From Sphagnum compactum (taxonomy: Eukaryota): 64,000 nucleotides of DNA. The notes below the pieces were generated by a model. It did no database searches. It saw nothing but the letters and a program-made list of their open reading frames with translations, and was not told where the DNA came from. The position numbers and the translations under genes were made by a program. This document shows, one piece after another, positions 12,666-24,780 of this stretch (position 1 is the first letter of the stretch; every line of letters begins with the position of its first letter). The stretch covers positions 26,030,213-26,094,212 of the forward strand of contig OZ234493.1 in NCBI GenBank assembly GCA_965153455.1, in the 5' to 3' direction.

Positions 12666-12862
12666 CGTGGGCGTGAATCCAGCTGCAGCGGCCAGCCCAG
12701 ACTTGCCCGGGCACGAATCTTGTCAAAAAGCTTCGAGAACTCAGTTGGAAAAATTCCCAGAAATTTATGGAAACACAGAGACTTGTAGAGCACGAACGAG
12801 CGAGAGAAGATCACTAGAGAAACAACAACAACAAAAGTCTTGAGAGAGAGAGAGAGAGAGAG
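12630..12862. repeat. (GA)n microsatellites in the presumed ribokinase 5' leader
   Basis: Long GA tracts at about 12630-12660 and 12843-12862. Confidence 0.8.
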
Positions 12863-13152
12863 CGCGAGCGACAAAGCCGACGACGACGACGACGGCCCCG
12901 CGGCAGCGAGCGAGAAAGAAGACGTTTGGTGAGTGCCGGGGAATAGCCGGAAAGTGCTGACGGGTGGCTGTTTTGACTGCCGGAGGGCTGGACGGACGGA
13001 CGGACGGACGGACGGTAATTATTTGGGTTTCGCCAGCGATAGCGGCCGTTAGTCACGTCACCTCGTTGTCACCCTTCAATCCTTCAGAGGCTTCTTGTTC
13101 TTGACACATCAAATTTAGCACCTGGGATTCTGGACGATATTGGGGCGGGTGT

Positions 13153-13410
13153 TGTAGCCAAATTGGCGAGCATCCACAGGAAGATTTTAGCCAGATCAAA
13201 ACTACAAGTTAAATATGAAAGTAAAATTTCTTTTTAAAAAAAAACATTCTTCTCTATTTTGGCTACTCTATTTTGAACCATGTATAGAATTTTGGTGATT
13301 TTAGAAAACTTTTGGTCGTATTTTGACTCTTGAAAATCTCCGAAAACTATTTGATTTTAACACTTTTTGATTATTTAAAATTTCCCTTTCTGGCTCTATA
13401 TACACAGCCC
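13153..13410 (+). repeat. Dispersed AT-rich repeat family, copy 1 (others near 17765+, 19400-19625 on minus, 44325+, 51380+, 60395+)
   Basis: A core resembling GTAGCCAAAGTGGCGATCATCCAyAGGAAGATTTAGCCAAATTTGG...ATGAAAGTA recurs about six times. Confidence 0.7.
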
Positions 13411-14403
13411 CAAAAATAAGAGCTGCCTGGTAAATCCCAAATCCCTCCCCACCTTTTCCCCACCAAACTAGGCTACCATTCCCCCAAGGAAATAAATTAA
13501 ATTAAAATCAAAATTAAAAAAAGATTTGGGGGGGAGAGAAAGGACTAAGGAAGTGGGGGTTTAAGCATATTCCATATGCTTCAGTATATTCCATTTTAAA
13601 AGAAAAAATAATTTGTGTTTTCAAAGAGCACTAATCAACCAAGGAAAGGTAGGTGAAAGGGGAACCCGTGTATCATCGGAAAGTGTACATTGTCGGGATG
13701 ACAAAAGATATTGATAAAGGAGAGGTTTCATTTTCATTATTATTCGTATTTGTGAAGTGATCGTGATCATGTCGATCATGTCCTGGGCTTGGGGATGATG
13801 ATGGTGGGGTGGGGCGGGGATGATTTAGTGCTCTATAAACTACTCTACTTATGGATCTGTTTCATTGTATATTACAAATGCTCAATTTTCGACCCATTAT
13901 GGACCCACACATAAGGGGTATATGTTACAATTTCAAATTGGAAATTTTTTAATCTCATTCCTAAATAACGAGGTGTGGAAATGTGTGCTTTCGAATCTTT
14001 GTATTTTAAGAGATTTTTTTTCCAACACCATATTCGTGAATAAATTTTTAATACCTTCTCTCCACCAATTTACATCTCATTTTTTAAAATTCAAAATCTT
14101 AATCCAATTGTTGAATTCAGTTTAGTTGAATGTGCATTCAATTCCATTCAATGTGTTTAAATTCACTCTTAAAAATTTGAATTTCATTTAATTCAATCTA
14201 AATCCATTTCAATTCAATTCAAGTTGCATGCAAAATAATTCAATATTTTAATTTAAATAAAAAATAATTTTCACAAAATCAATTCATTTTTTTCACCAAT
14301 TTGATCACCTGATTGTCATTGAGATAGTGTGGAGGAGCACAAAGCCCATGTTTTTGGCCACCCCAACTTAATATGATTAATTTGGTGAATTTTTCAACTT
14401 CAA

Positions 14404-14594
14404 AGGTGCATTCACACTTGGTGTTAGGGACCTTAATGTTGAGTCCACTAACGTCGTTCTAGTCATTTAAGACTTAAACTTACTTACTATGAAAATTTTA
14501 TGTTAAGTTAACACCTATTTAACATTGCATGCCACCTAGGAAGCCATCTAGATTTTTATTTAACACTGACTTAACATCAAATGTGAACACACCT
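14404..14594. mobile_element. MITE (~190 bp) with ~23-bp imperfect TIRs
   Basis: Left end AGGTGCATTCACACTTGGTGTTA; reverse complement of right end AGGTGTGTTCACATTTGATGTTA; flanks CAA/TTA (Harbinger/Tourist-like, TSD degenerate). Confidence 0.7.
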
Positions 14595-15499
14595 TTAGAA
14601 ACCACCCTATATACAAAGGAGTGGACAATTAAGGACTTTTGGACATAATTTGTCACTCCAAGTGAATGTACAATTTATTGCTCTTGTACTTACCATACCT
14701 GACGTTGCAGTTTGACACTTAAACCTCAAAGAGATGGAATGAATGAGAAAGAGAGAAGACTATGGCCGAGACAGCCGTAGTAGTAAGTAAAAGGCTTGTT
14801 ACCAAGGGGATTGGAACAAGCATATCGTTGCCTAACGACTCTGCCCTTCACAACAGGTTCACACTAGTGTGAGTGTCGTTCCAGTTCTAAAAAAGTAAAT
14901 TAGAACAGCTCTAGTTCCACACATAAACAAAGTTGAGGACTCAATTTTGGTTCTCTAAACCCTAAAATCCTTACCCTATGGGCAGAGCCAACCCCGAAAA
15001 AAATAAATTAAAAAAATAAAAATATACAATGTAATAATATTTGGGCATACAATTTTGGCTTGCTCCAACTTGATGTGTGTTTGAGTGACATTTGGAAATT
15101 TATGTGTGCTTATGATGCACGTGCATGTTGCATAGAAATGCATGCATATAGATGAGAAGTTCTAAATTTTCGAAAGGGAAGTTCTTTAATTTGAAGTTTG
15201 AATGTTTAAACCTCGTGTTAACAGCAAACTCATTGCGCAATGAGCTACTTACTTGTTTTTCAAAATGTTCAAATTTAAAAATATTTAAATTGGAGCTTGT
15301 CTTGTACCTGTACACACAAAACTGATGTTCGGTGATAAATAATTCTTAAAAGGGTGAGTTGGAAAAAAAAAAAATTAAATAAAAAATAGAACTGACCCTA
15401 CCAAAATTCTCAAGATTTTGAACTCTCAACTTGGTTAACTGTCCAGGTCCAGAAAGAGCCTCACTAAATGTATCAAAAGAATGACACAAACCACAAAAG

Positions 15500-15620
15500 G
15501 GTTGGCTAACCACCATGGTTTAGTTAGGGAATTGGAACCCAACAGAAAATTGTTTCCCGACCACTTTACCATCCATCCTTCATAATGCTCCGGTAGGTGC
15601 TGGTTCACTCTGGCCACAGC
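15500..15620 (-). repeat. Dispersed repeat; homologous copy at ~43150-43260 on +
   Basis: Both share GGCCA(C/G)AGTGAACCAGCACC...GAAGGATG(G/A)ATGGTAA...GTTCCA(A/G)TTCCCTA...CCATGGTGGTTAGC. Confidence 0.75.
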
Positions 15621-18600
15621 CAAATAAGTCATGACACTTTTCAGGACATGCATAGTTCCCCATTAGAGGGTTCTATTCCATTTATCACCACCACCCAAGT
15701 CAATTTAAGACTTCGACGGTTTAAGAGAATATGTGGACAAATAATATGCCTTGAACCAAGCCCCGATGCCAAACTTGATAAATTTGTACTGATTTCATCC
15801 AACCTTCTTCAATTCAAAAAACACTTAGGCACCACCGATACTTGAGTGAAATGAATTATTCATATTAAATCCACTTAGAGAACCTTTCTTTCTCCCAATC
15901 TACAATAATATATTTCTGCCCGAGATGTATATTTTCTTAACTAGGAACATCATTTGATACATGGCTTGTTGTGCAAGTAAGACCGTGTATCTATTGCAAT
16001 AAGGACTAGGGTAGTATCTCCTGCTTGTTATGGTTCGAGGATCTAACAATAGTTGACCCGGATACAAAATCTACTATTCAAAAAGAATGAATACTCGGAA
16101 AAAATAGAGGATGCTAAATGCTTACTGCACCCCCCCTCCCCCCCCCCCCCAAAAGAGGCGGCACAAATTTCTTAGTGTATTTTACATGATACTTTATAAA
16201 AACATCATCTTACGTCTGCAAAGTGTCATGGAACATGTTGCATTAAGCATCCCTTGGATCTATACATATACGACCTATCATAGAGTTTCATCTTTCAACT
16301 CGAGAACGTTGTAGTAGTGAATTTTGGATGCGTGCCAAACTTTGGCCCACCATTTAGGAGGGCAGTTCCTTTCTAGGCTTTGGGGGCTCGAAGATTTTTT
16401 TTAAAAAAAAATATTGACTTGGGCTGCCAAGTAAGCCTTCCGGGAAGAGCCCAACTAGGCTTGATGCCAGTGCCTTGACTAACATGGTTGGATGTAAGCG
16501 TTGGGTAAAGCCCCGAGGCCCCAGGCTTTATTTGTCGTGTCTACAGGGCAAAGCTAACGAACATAAGAATGTTGCTTTGCAGTCGTGTCTAAAAATGCAT
16601 GTATCAAAAAACAAGGCATCTTGTTGCATAGTTAAGTGACATTTGCTCCTGGCTGCTTACTCTGCTCTCATTTGACCCCACTCTGGAAACCAATGACCCA
16701 GGACCACCCATGAATAGCCAGCCGGCCATTTAGGCCATGTCCGGCAAGTTCTAGATCTGAACATATCAACCGAACCCAGATCAGCCTCTGTTTCCTCATC
16801 TTATTCTTTCCTCTTTTTTCTTTTTTTTCCCTTTTGTTTTTGTTTGTTCCCTTTCGGTCGGTTTGTTGTTGTTGTTTTGCTTACTATGGGCCCTTCCCTC
16901 TTCCTCTTTCCCTCCTGAATGTCTAGGGATTGGTAAAAAATATATTTTAAATTCATAGGTTGCAATGCTGCTTCAAGAGTGCATTTATTCATACGTCTTT
17001 CTTGAAAATTGATGAAAATGTGGCTTCCGGAGTGCGTTTAGTGCTTACATTGTGAGAATCAAACTCCACGGCAAAAGAGCAGAATCACAAGCCAAGCAAT
17101 GATATCATTTTCTTCAGTATGGACACTCCTGGGTGGGTGGCCTTGTCTCTATTTTTTAATTTTCAATTTTGTTTTTTTTTTGTTTTGGTTCTTCTTGCTT
17201 TTTGGTCCGTTCTGCCCCATTTGGCCCACCAACAGAGTACTACTACACGTTTTGTGCAACGGATTACAATCCGTCTTTCTTTCAAAGAATAGATCTCCTA
17301 ACCAAAACAGATGGACCCCTTTGAGGCGCAGCTTGTCCAAAAACCTACTCCATCATTCCTGTGCCATACATACATGGGCACATATATATTATGTCTTTCC
17401 TTCATTTCCTTTCAAAGGTCCTCATAAGTTGTGGCACATTTTAAATCCAGTTATTGATTTTTAAACAAACAATCCGGACAATTTGCGTGCTTTTGGCTTT
17501 GCACTAAAGTTTGAGATGTCATTCATTGTGCCTCGGCCTCCTTGCGAAACTTGTCTTGTGTATTAAAGGTGCAATGAACTTGTGGACGGACGTTGTGTTT
17601 TGTAAGTTCTCAGGGTACAAGTAATGGGGCCCGATGAACTGATGCATCTTGTTCATTATGCCGGTTATTGCCAGGGCCTTACCCTACACATAATTTCTGT
17701 CTAGGGATTTTTTGTTATAGTTGAGGTAAGTGGTTTTTATTTTCCTTTTTTCCCCTTCCCCCATGTAGCCAAAGTAGCAATCATCCACAAGAAAGTTTAA
17801 CCAAATTTGGCTATAAACCACATATCAAAATAAAAATGTATAACAAGCTTTCAATATTCTTGACTACCTATTTAAACCTAAAAAATAATCTCGTGATTTC
17901 AACTCTTTTGTTTTGAAATCTCGTGAATTTGGGCCAAAATTTTCCCTGAAAAAATCTTTAGCAGGTTTTGTCAGATTTTTTCAGGTTGATATTTGATGAA
18001 AATTCACCAAATAGAATGGGTTTAGGGTTTAGGCTGGGCAGGCCATGCATATGTGGCCTCATGAGGTCCAAAAAGTGGCCAATTGAAGCCTCCAAGACTG
18101 GAAGCGATTCTAGTCTTGGAGGCTGGAATTCAGTGAAGCTTGAATTGGCCACTTTTTGGACAGTCAAGGCCGTTCGTTGCCTCTACATTTGAAGTTCAAT
18201 ATTAGGCATAGTTTGGTTCTGAAATGAGGGGGTGGGCATAATGTGGATGTTGAAGGGGCTGTTGCTTGTCTTTTGAAATCCTAGAGATTCAGTTGCAAGT
18301 AGTTGTTTCCGAATAATCTGGTAAGGACCTATGGTTCACATTCTAGGTGTGGAAGGACCTAGTCTAACTTACCTATGCAAGTTGTCCAATCTCATCATCG
18401 GTCATGATTCACTAGCGGCGAGACATTTGACAAATTCTATACATCTCACAAAGTGAGAACTTAGGGTTTAGGGAAGCTCCCTCATCCCAAAAGGAACCTC
18501 AAGCCATTTACATAACTTAATAAATGTGGAACAACAGCTACATAAGAGTATCTGCAAAGAGTGCTCAGTATGTGACCTTGTAAAACATTTCTCACATCCA

Positions 18601-19740
18601 AGTTTGGTTTTTTTTCATCTGATTTTCGAATACAGGGTCACATACTGAGCAACGTTCAAAAAGGTTACATGATCTTCGATATTTGAGAGTGATTATATAT
18701 GTGTTTTCTTTTGCTCAGTAGTGATGGGCCAATCAAAGAGACTCGTTCACTTTGGACACACCCCACATATTAACTTATTAATACAACTAACAAATAGGTG
18801 GGGGGCGGTACGCACAATAGTCTTGGGATTGGTTTAGGGTCTAGGGTTTAAGGGAGGCAGCCCCTAGCCACCACTACTACTTCCTTTTGGGAAATCTAAA
18901 TTTCTGTCACTCACTTAAGTTCTGCATATTCAATGAAACCATGTTTGGAGTGGGACCTAGTGGCTATGGAACTGTTATAGACTGAGGCATATCTGTAATA
19001 TCTGCTTGCAGATAAAACCCAGACACGCACCTTTGCCCAGTTATAATATGCCACCAACAACATGATCTGACTTGTTGGTAGAAGTAGTAGTTGGTGAGTG
19101 GCAGGGTTGGCTTGGCACACAAAGTGTTTTGTTATGTAATAATTGACAAACTAAGTTTTGGAGTGAGTCAACACCAACATTTTACACCTCTTGGTAATTG
19201 ATACCCAATGTTCTTTTTTCCCATTTTTTGGTGTGTATTTAGGATTTTCTGAAATTTTTGTTCTAGTGTAAAATTCAACTCTCTCTCTCTATATATATAT
19301 AGATGAAAAATTAGAAAGGACCACAATGTTTTTTTTTAAATCTCTTAAAACTCCCTCTATGATAACTGGCAGTGGTTTTTTTTAATTGTTGGTGAAATGT
19401 TGCCAAAAAGTGAAATTTAAAACGTGAAAATGAAATGAATTTTAGAGTTTTCAATTGTCATAAATTTTTTTTTCCAAAATCAAACTTACAAGATTTATAT
19501 ATTTTATATTAGCTCTAGTAGGTAGCCAAAAAATAATCCAAGGATCCTTGAAGATTTATTTTTAAATAATCAAATTTGACTAAATCTTCTGGTGGATGAT
19601 CCTCACTTTGAGGACATCACAAAATTGAACACCATCGAATAAAAAACAAAAAGACACACACACACACACACACACACAAGTCTGTCACATTCCAAAAAGC
19701 ATCGCACGCCTAAACAACATTGCAATACATGTTCCTAACC

Positions 19741-19832
19741 GAAGAGAAATTCTTAAAATCTCAGAAGTTTGTGTGACGAAGCTTCGAAGAGAAATTCTTA
19801 AAATCTCAGAAGTTTGTGTGACGAAGCTTCGA
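19741..19832 (+). repeat. Perfect 45-bp tandem duplication
   Basis: GAAGAGAAATTCTTAAAATCTCAGAAGTTTGTGTGACGAAGCTTC occurs twice in tandem. Confidence 0.95.
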
Positions 19833-20800
19833 GACAAATTAAGGACTGTACAAGTGTTGTGGGTAACTGCAGACAACGATCTGCCAAATAGGATGTGTAC
19901 AGGCATTGTCACGATTCACAGATGGCATTATCTGTGGTGGGTGGGGTTGAGAATGCCCCCACCACTTTGGATATTTTCCTGTCATTGTAACTAACCAAAA
20001 CTTTATTAATATGCCGGCACAGAGAGAGGAAGTGGAAGACGTTTATAAGTGATTCGGTCATAAGATCACGTGAGAAGAAGAGGTGCTCCTTGTCATGCTT
20101 ATTATGGTATTTGCAATAAGGTATTCCACCTAGTTCGTTATAAAAACCACCCGTTACGAAGTTTATGTGCGATATCACTATAGTGATAATGTGATAAGCT
20201 TGATCTTCTGGCTAGCTCCGCATGTGGCCAAAACTTGCAAAACACATGTGAAAACTTGAAAGGGTAGCTTATCAAACACCATTATAAAGTTCAGTGTTCT
20301 AGTCCCCTCAGCCCCCCTTCCCCCCTCACCCCCTCCCTTCCCAATAAACATAAAGAACCACCCAACAAACCACCCAAGGCTAGTTTTTACCATGGTATTG
20401 ATGTAAGACCCAAGGCATTGACGTATAGACAAGAATTATGATATAGTGTGTAAGAATATACACAAGTATGGAGGGCCTTGGAATACTTATAAGCATATAT
20501 CTTTTTAATTGTGAAGGAAAAAAACCTCTAAACCAATGAGATTGTTAGAATTGGTGGCTTGAATTCTTTGAAGGAGTTATCTTGAGTAAAATTGCAGTTT
20601 TAATTTTGCAATAGGCTTTCATAGGCTTGTTGTGTCTAGGTGCATGGGGAAAAAAAAAACCTTTGGGCCAATGATGTTGTTGGAATTGGGTTGCTTGAAT
20701 TTGTTTTCAAGAGTTGTCTAGAGTGAAATGCGTACCAGTTTAATGTTATTGTTGAGGAGAGAGTTTCAATATCAAAAGCTCCTGCAAAACTTTATTGACA

Positions 20801-21058
20801 TGGGGTGTGGCACACTGTGGCCTTTGCCATTTACATTAAAAACTATTTTAAGGCAAAAGAAAAATTATGGAAATTCAAATATTTCACCATGCAAAAATAT
20901 AATCTTCAAAAAAATCCTCTAAAAGAAACCAAAATCCTTCAAGATATCATAACTCTATAATAACTAATCTCAAGTTTCAACACAAGCCCAAAATATCATA
21001 TTTCAAAAATCCTCATATAAAAATAGACCTATTACCTAGGGTCCAAAATCCCGTAAGC
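20801..21058 (+). repeat. Dispersed ~250-bp repeat; inverted copy at ~43493-43748
   Basis: GGGGTGTGGCACACTGTGGCCTTTGCCATTTACATTAAAA...AATAGACCTATTA matches the reverse complement of 43493-43748 along its length. Confidence 0.8.
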
Positions 21059-21381
21059 TATTATACTTTATAATGAATCTAAACACAATATCGTTGCCTT
21101 GGTAGGCAAGGCCAATAAACACATCACTGATTTGGAAAATGTACAAAGGTATTGGAAAAAAAAAGGGGAGAATTTAAAGGATGTCAAGTTAGCACAAACT
21201 AGAGAGTTTTCTTTTTCATCTGTGCATGCATTTTGCATGAGGCACTTAATTTGCATGCAAAACACATGGCAAGGTATTTTGATTGAGTGAAGGACTCTAA
21301 AAGAACATTGGGCTGGTGTTAACAGGAATATCTCTATACAGCTCCAACTCTGCAACCAACCTCCTCCTCATCATACCAGGC

Positions 21382-22296
21382 CAGTGTTGGCCGGGGTACA
21401 TGGTTTGGTGGGTTGCAACTGCTGGTTCCAGTTTAGGTCCATAAAGCCAAAACCCAAATCAGGTCTCATTTCTTGATCTGGTTTCCGAACCGAAATCGGA
21501 ACTGAAATTTTTTAAGCACTGGAACTGGAACCAGAATTGGAACTGAAACTTGTTAAAAACTGGAACTGGAACCAGAATTGGAACTGAAACTTGTTAAAAA
21601 CTGGAACTGGAACTGGAACTGGAACCAGAATTGGAACTGAAACTTGTTGAGAACTGGACCTTCCTGGTTCTATTTATGTGTGAACTGGAACCTGGACCTT
21701 CCTGGTTCTATTTATGTGTGAACTGGAACCAAAGCAGACTTTTGAAAGAAAAAGAATTTTGACAAAAAGGAAAAAGAAAAGACTAGAACCAGGGGCTGAT
21801 CAAAGGTTAAACAACAGGTTCTGATCTGATCTGATCTGGGTTACCCAAAACTGGACTGGAACCAGGTCTGAATTTCAGAACTGAAACTGGAATTTAGTTT
21901 CTAGGAACCAGACCTGGAACCCGGGGCTCTGAACTGGGTTACCCGAAACTGGAATGGAACCAGGTCTGATTTTCAGAACTGGAACTGGAATTTAGTTTTT
22001 TAGGAACTAGACCTGGAACCAGGGGTTCTTCACAAAAGTAAAGCCGAGGGGAGTTATTTCAGGAACTCCCTGCTCCCAGGGAGTTACCCCCCGTAATGCC
22101 CGCAGCCCATCTTCAGGATGAAGAAAAGTAATTTAGTGGATGAAAAATGAAAATTCTTGATGAAGAAGTGGGAGAACCCACCAAACAGGATGAAGAAGAG
22201 GGAGATCCCCTAAGCAATCCATACTTACTCTTTGTAAAGCCCTCCATTATTAGTGTTGAAAAATTGGGCCACGGCATTACGAACTACCCAACACTG
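21382..22296. mobile_element. Non-autonomous hAT element (915 bp) with internal GGAACT/GGAACC tandem repeats
   Basis: TIR CAGTGTTGG / CCAACACTG; perfect 8-bp TSD TACCAGGC at 21374-21381 and 22297-22304. Confidence 0.9.
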
Positions 22297-24780
22297 TACC
22301 AGGCAGGGTTTCCACCAGGAGAAACAAAAGCAGCATTAGCTACTAGTAAATGAATGAAGCATATTCTGATGCATTTCTGCAATCAGATTTGTAGCCAGAT
22401 TTCTGGTATCTGAAAACAGTCCAGAGTTTCAAAGAAAGGAGCAGGCCCAATCATGAGACTTAATACTCAATTTTGTGCATCAAAACCAGCTACATTTTCA
22501 AACTATGCATCTGGCTAAAACACTGAGGCAAGTTCCTCTGCAAAGCTGCCTTTGATGGTAGCCACTAGTCAAAAGCCATGGTAGTTCTCCAGGTTCACCA
22601 CCTGTTTGTCTTGAGTTCTAGCCGGCAAGATGTCTTCTAGAGTTTCTTCAGGAAATAGGACCACCTCTTTCTTGCAAGCTAAGCTCTTACAATTTGTCTG
22701 TCAGCAGAGAGTAATGGTTAAGACCCCTGTCACTGCTTGTTCTATACAACTTTTCCCCCACAAAAATGAATTATGAAATAGATCAGGTCTAATCTAATTC
22801 TAATGCTCCAAAAGTGAAAAACTCTCAATGCAGTGATGAGGGATGGAGGGAGTGAGTGAGTCCAGGGTTCTTCAGAATTCCAAGATTGGAATCATGCGAC
22901 ATGCCTTGGGCCTCAAGTGTAGTTCATTTTTAACATGCCCCCCACATTCCTCCCCTTTGACACCAGCAATTTCCAGCCCAGCTGCAACTCTCCGATGGAA
23001 AGTCCCTGTCCATGCAGCAATAATCAGGGCTTGCCATATCAGTGGTTTTGTATTAGAGCAGCTCCACGCATCCTCACTATGTGGCATTGCATCAATTTTT
23101 CTCACATATAAGATTAGTTATTTACTTTTTCTCAACCTAAACCATCAAACTAAAATGAAGACTGCAAAGGGTGAGAGACTACTAATAGCCACCCACCCAG
23201 ATCAATCAAACAATCTAGCCAATCAGCAGCAAGTGTTAGGCTTTGCCATGCATTTTGCCAGCCTCAGAATCCTGTCCAAAAATGCTGGGCCAAAACCATT
23301 TTGCTGAGCCAAAGAGGCACGTTTGGAGTTGCTCTTAGGCTGATGTGATCACACCAGCCTAATGGAAGAGACCCTAAATGTATTTCTTGCTTTTAAGCTT
23401 GATGATGATGTTCAAAGGTTTGATAACCAGAACTGAGGTTGAAGCTTCTTGCAGCTTCTGCCAAAACAAAATTTGCAGTCCTTGAGGGAGGGGGGCTGGG
23501 GGGAGGGGGGGTACCATGACTGAAACCCTGACCAAGTGAGTCCAGCAGTTGTTAGTGACCCAGTCATCATCAGGTCTCTGCCACCAAGAGCATATACAAT
23601 GACAAAGATCCTTGAGTTCTTTCTGCTATTGGTTTGATGATGGATTTGCCTGCTCTTTTTCTGTCCACACTCAAAAGCTCTTCAATTGAAGCAAAGGCTG
23701 CAAACCCACTTAGGTTACCCAACCTGTAATTACAGAGACTTGACACCCAGAACCCATTGTTTCAAACGCTGTGTTTTCCCATCTTCCTGCTATGAGAAGG
23801 GGTGGGGGGGGGCACAGAGCTTGACCTTAGAAACACAAGCTATGGTTCAACAATAGAGAAGAGGGACTAGACTGTACACTTTAATTAAAGAAGTGGCAGT
23901 AGAAATGAGAGCTACAAAACAAAACTCTAGAGCTTCTATACACTCAAGACTACATAAGAAGGAAACCAAGAAACCACGGTTACCTTCAGATTCAGTAGGG
24001 CTTCAACTGGCATCACTAGCATCACTAATGTGCAACAGTAACTGTTGCACACTCGTCCTCTGCAGACATCTGGTCTTCTTAACTATTGCCACTCAATTGC
24101 AACTCAATCAACTTAAGCTAACATAATTAACAACATTAACTTCTATTAAAAAGCCAGGATGCTATTGCTGTAGGCCATAGAAGGCAGAACTACGATTCAA
24201 GGTATCCTTTTGACTAGGTACTGAACATATTTATGAGATTGCAGAGAAATCTTTACAACAACACTTTGAAGATAAGACAACAATGAAGTGCAGCCACAAC
24301 CTTACCAGAGTGGCCCATAAAAGCCTTTTCATTATGAATAGCAGTGATGAGTAACCATAGCTACCCACTGATTTTATCATCTCCAGACGGTAGGTGTGTA
24401 CATTGTAATAATCTACCACCAGAATTTCAAGCAAAACCATCATAGAAAATCTGTCTCCTGAGATTTTGTCGCACGTCTGGAAGCAATGGAAGGACTCAGT
24501 CATGATGTTGGCCAGCAATCAAGAATACGTGGTACTAACAGGTACTAGTACGTACAACAAGTAGTCCGGAAACACTTCCTGCATGAGGGATTCGAGTGGC
24601 TGAAGAAGTTTGGCTAGCTGGTTTATCCAAGGACATGCAGCTTCCATCATTCTCTGACAGATAATCATCCTACCAGGCAACTTCCAAAATTTTGTTGACA
24701 ACACATTCAAAGCTTGTCAAAAGTGCAGAAGGAATATGGCTGTAGACATAGTATTGCTGAGTTAGGAAAGGAATAACTCT

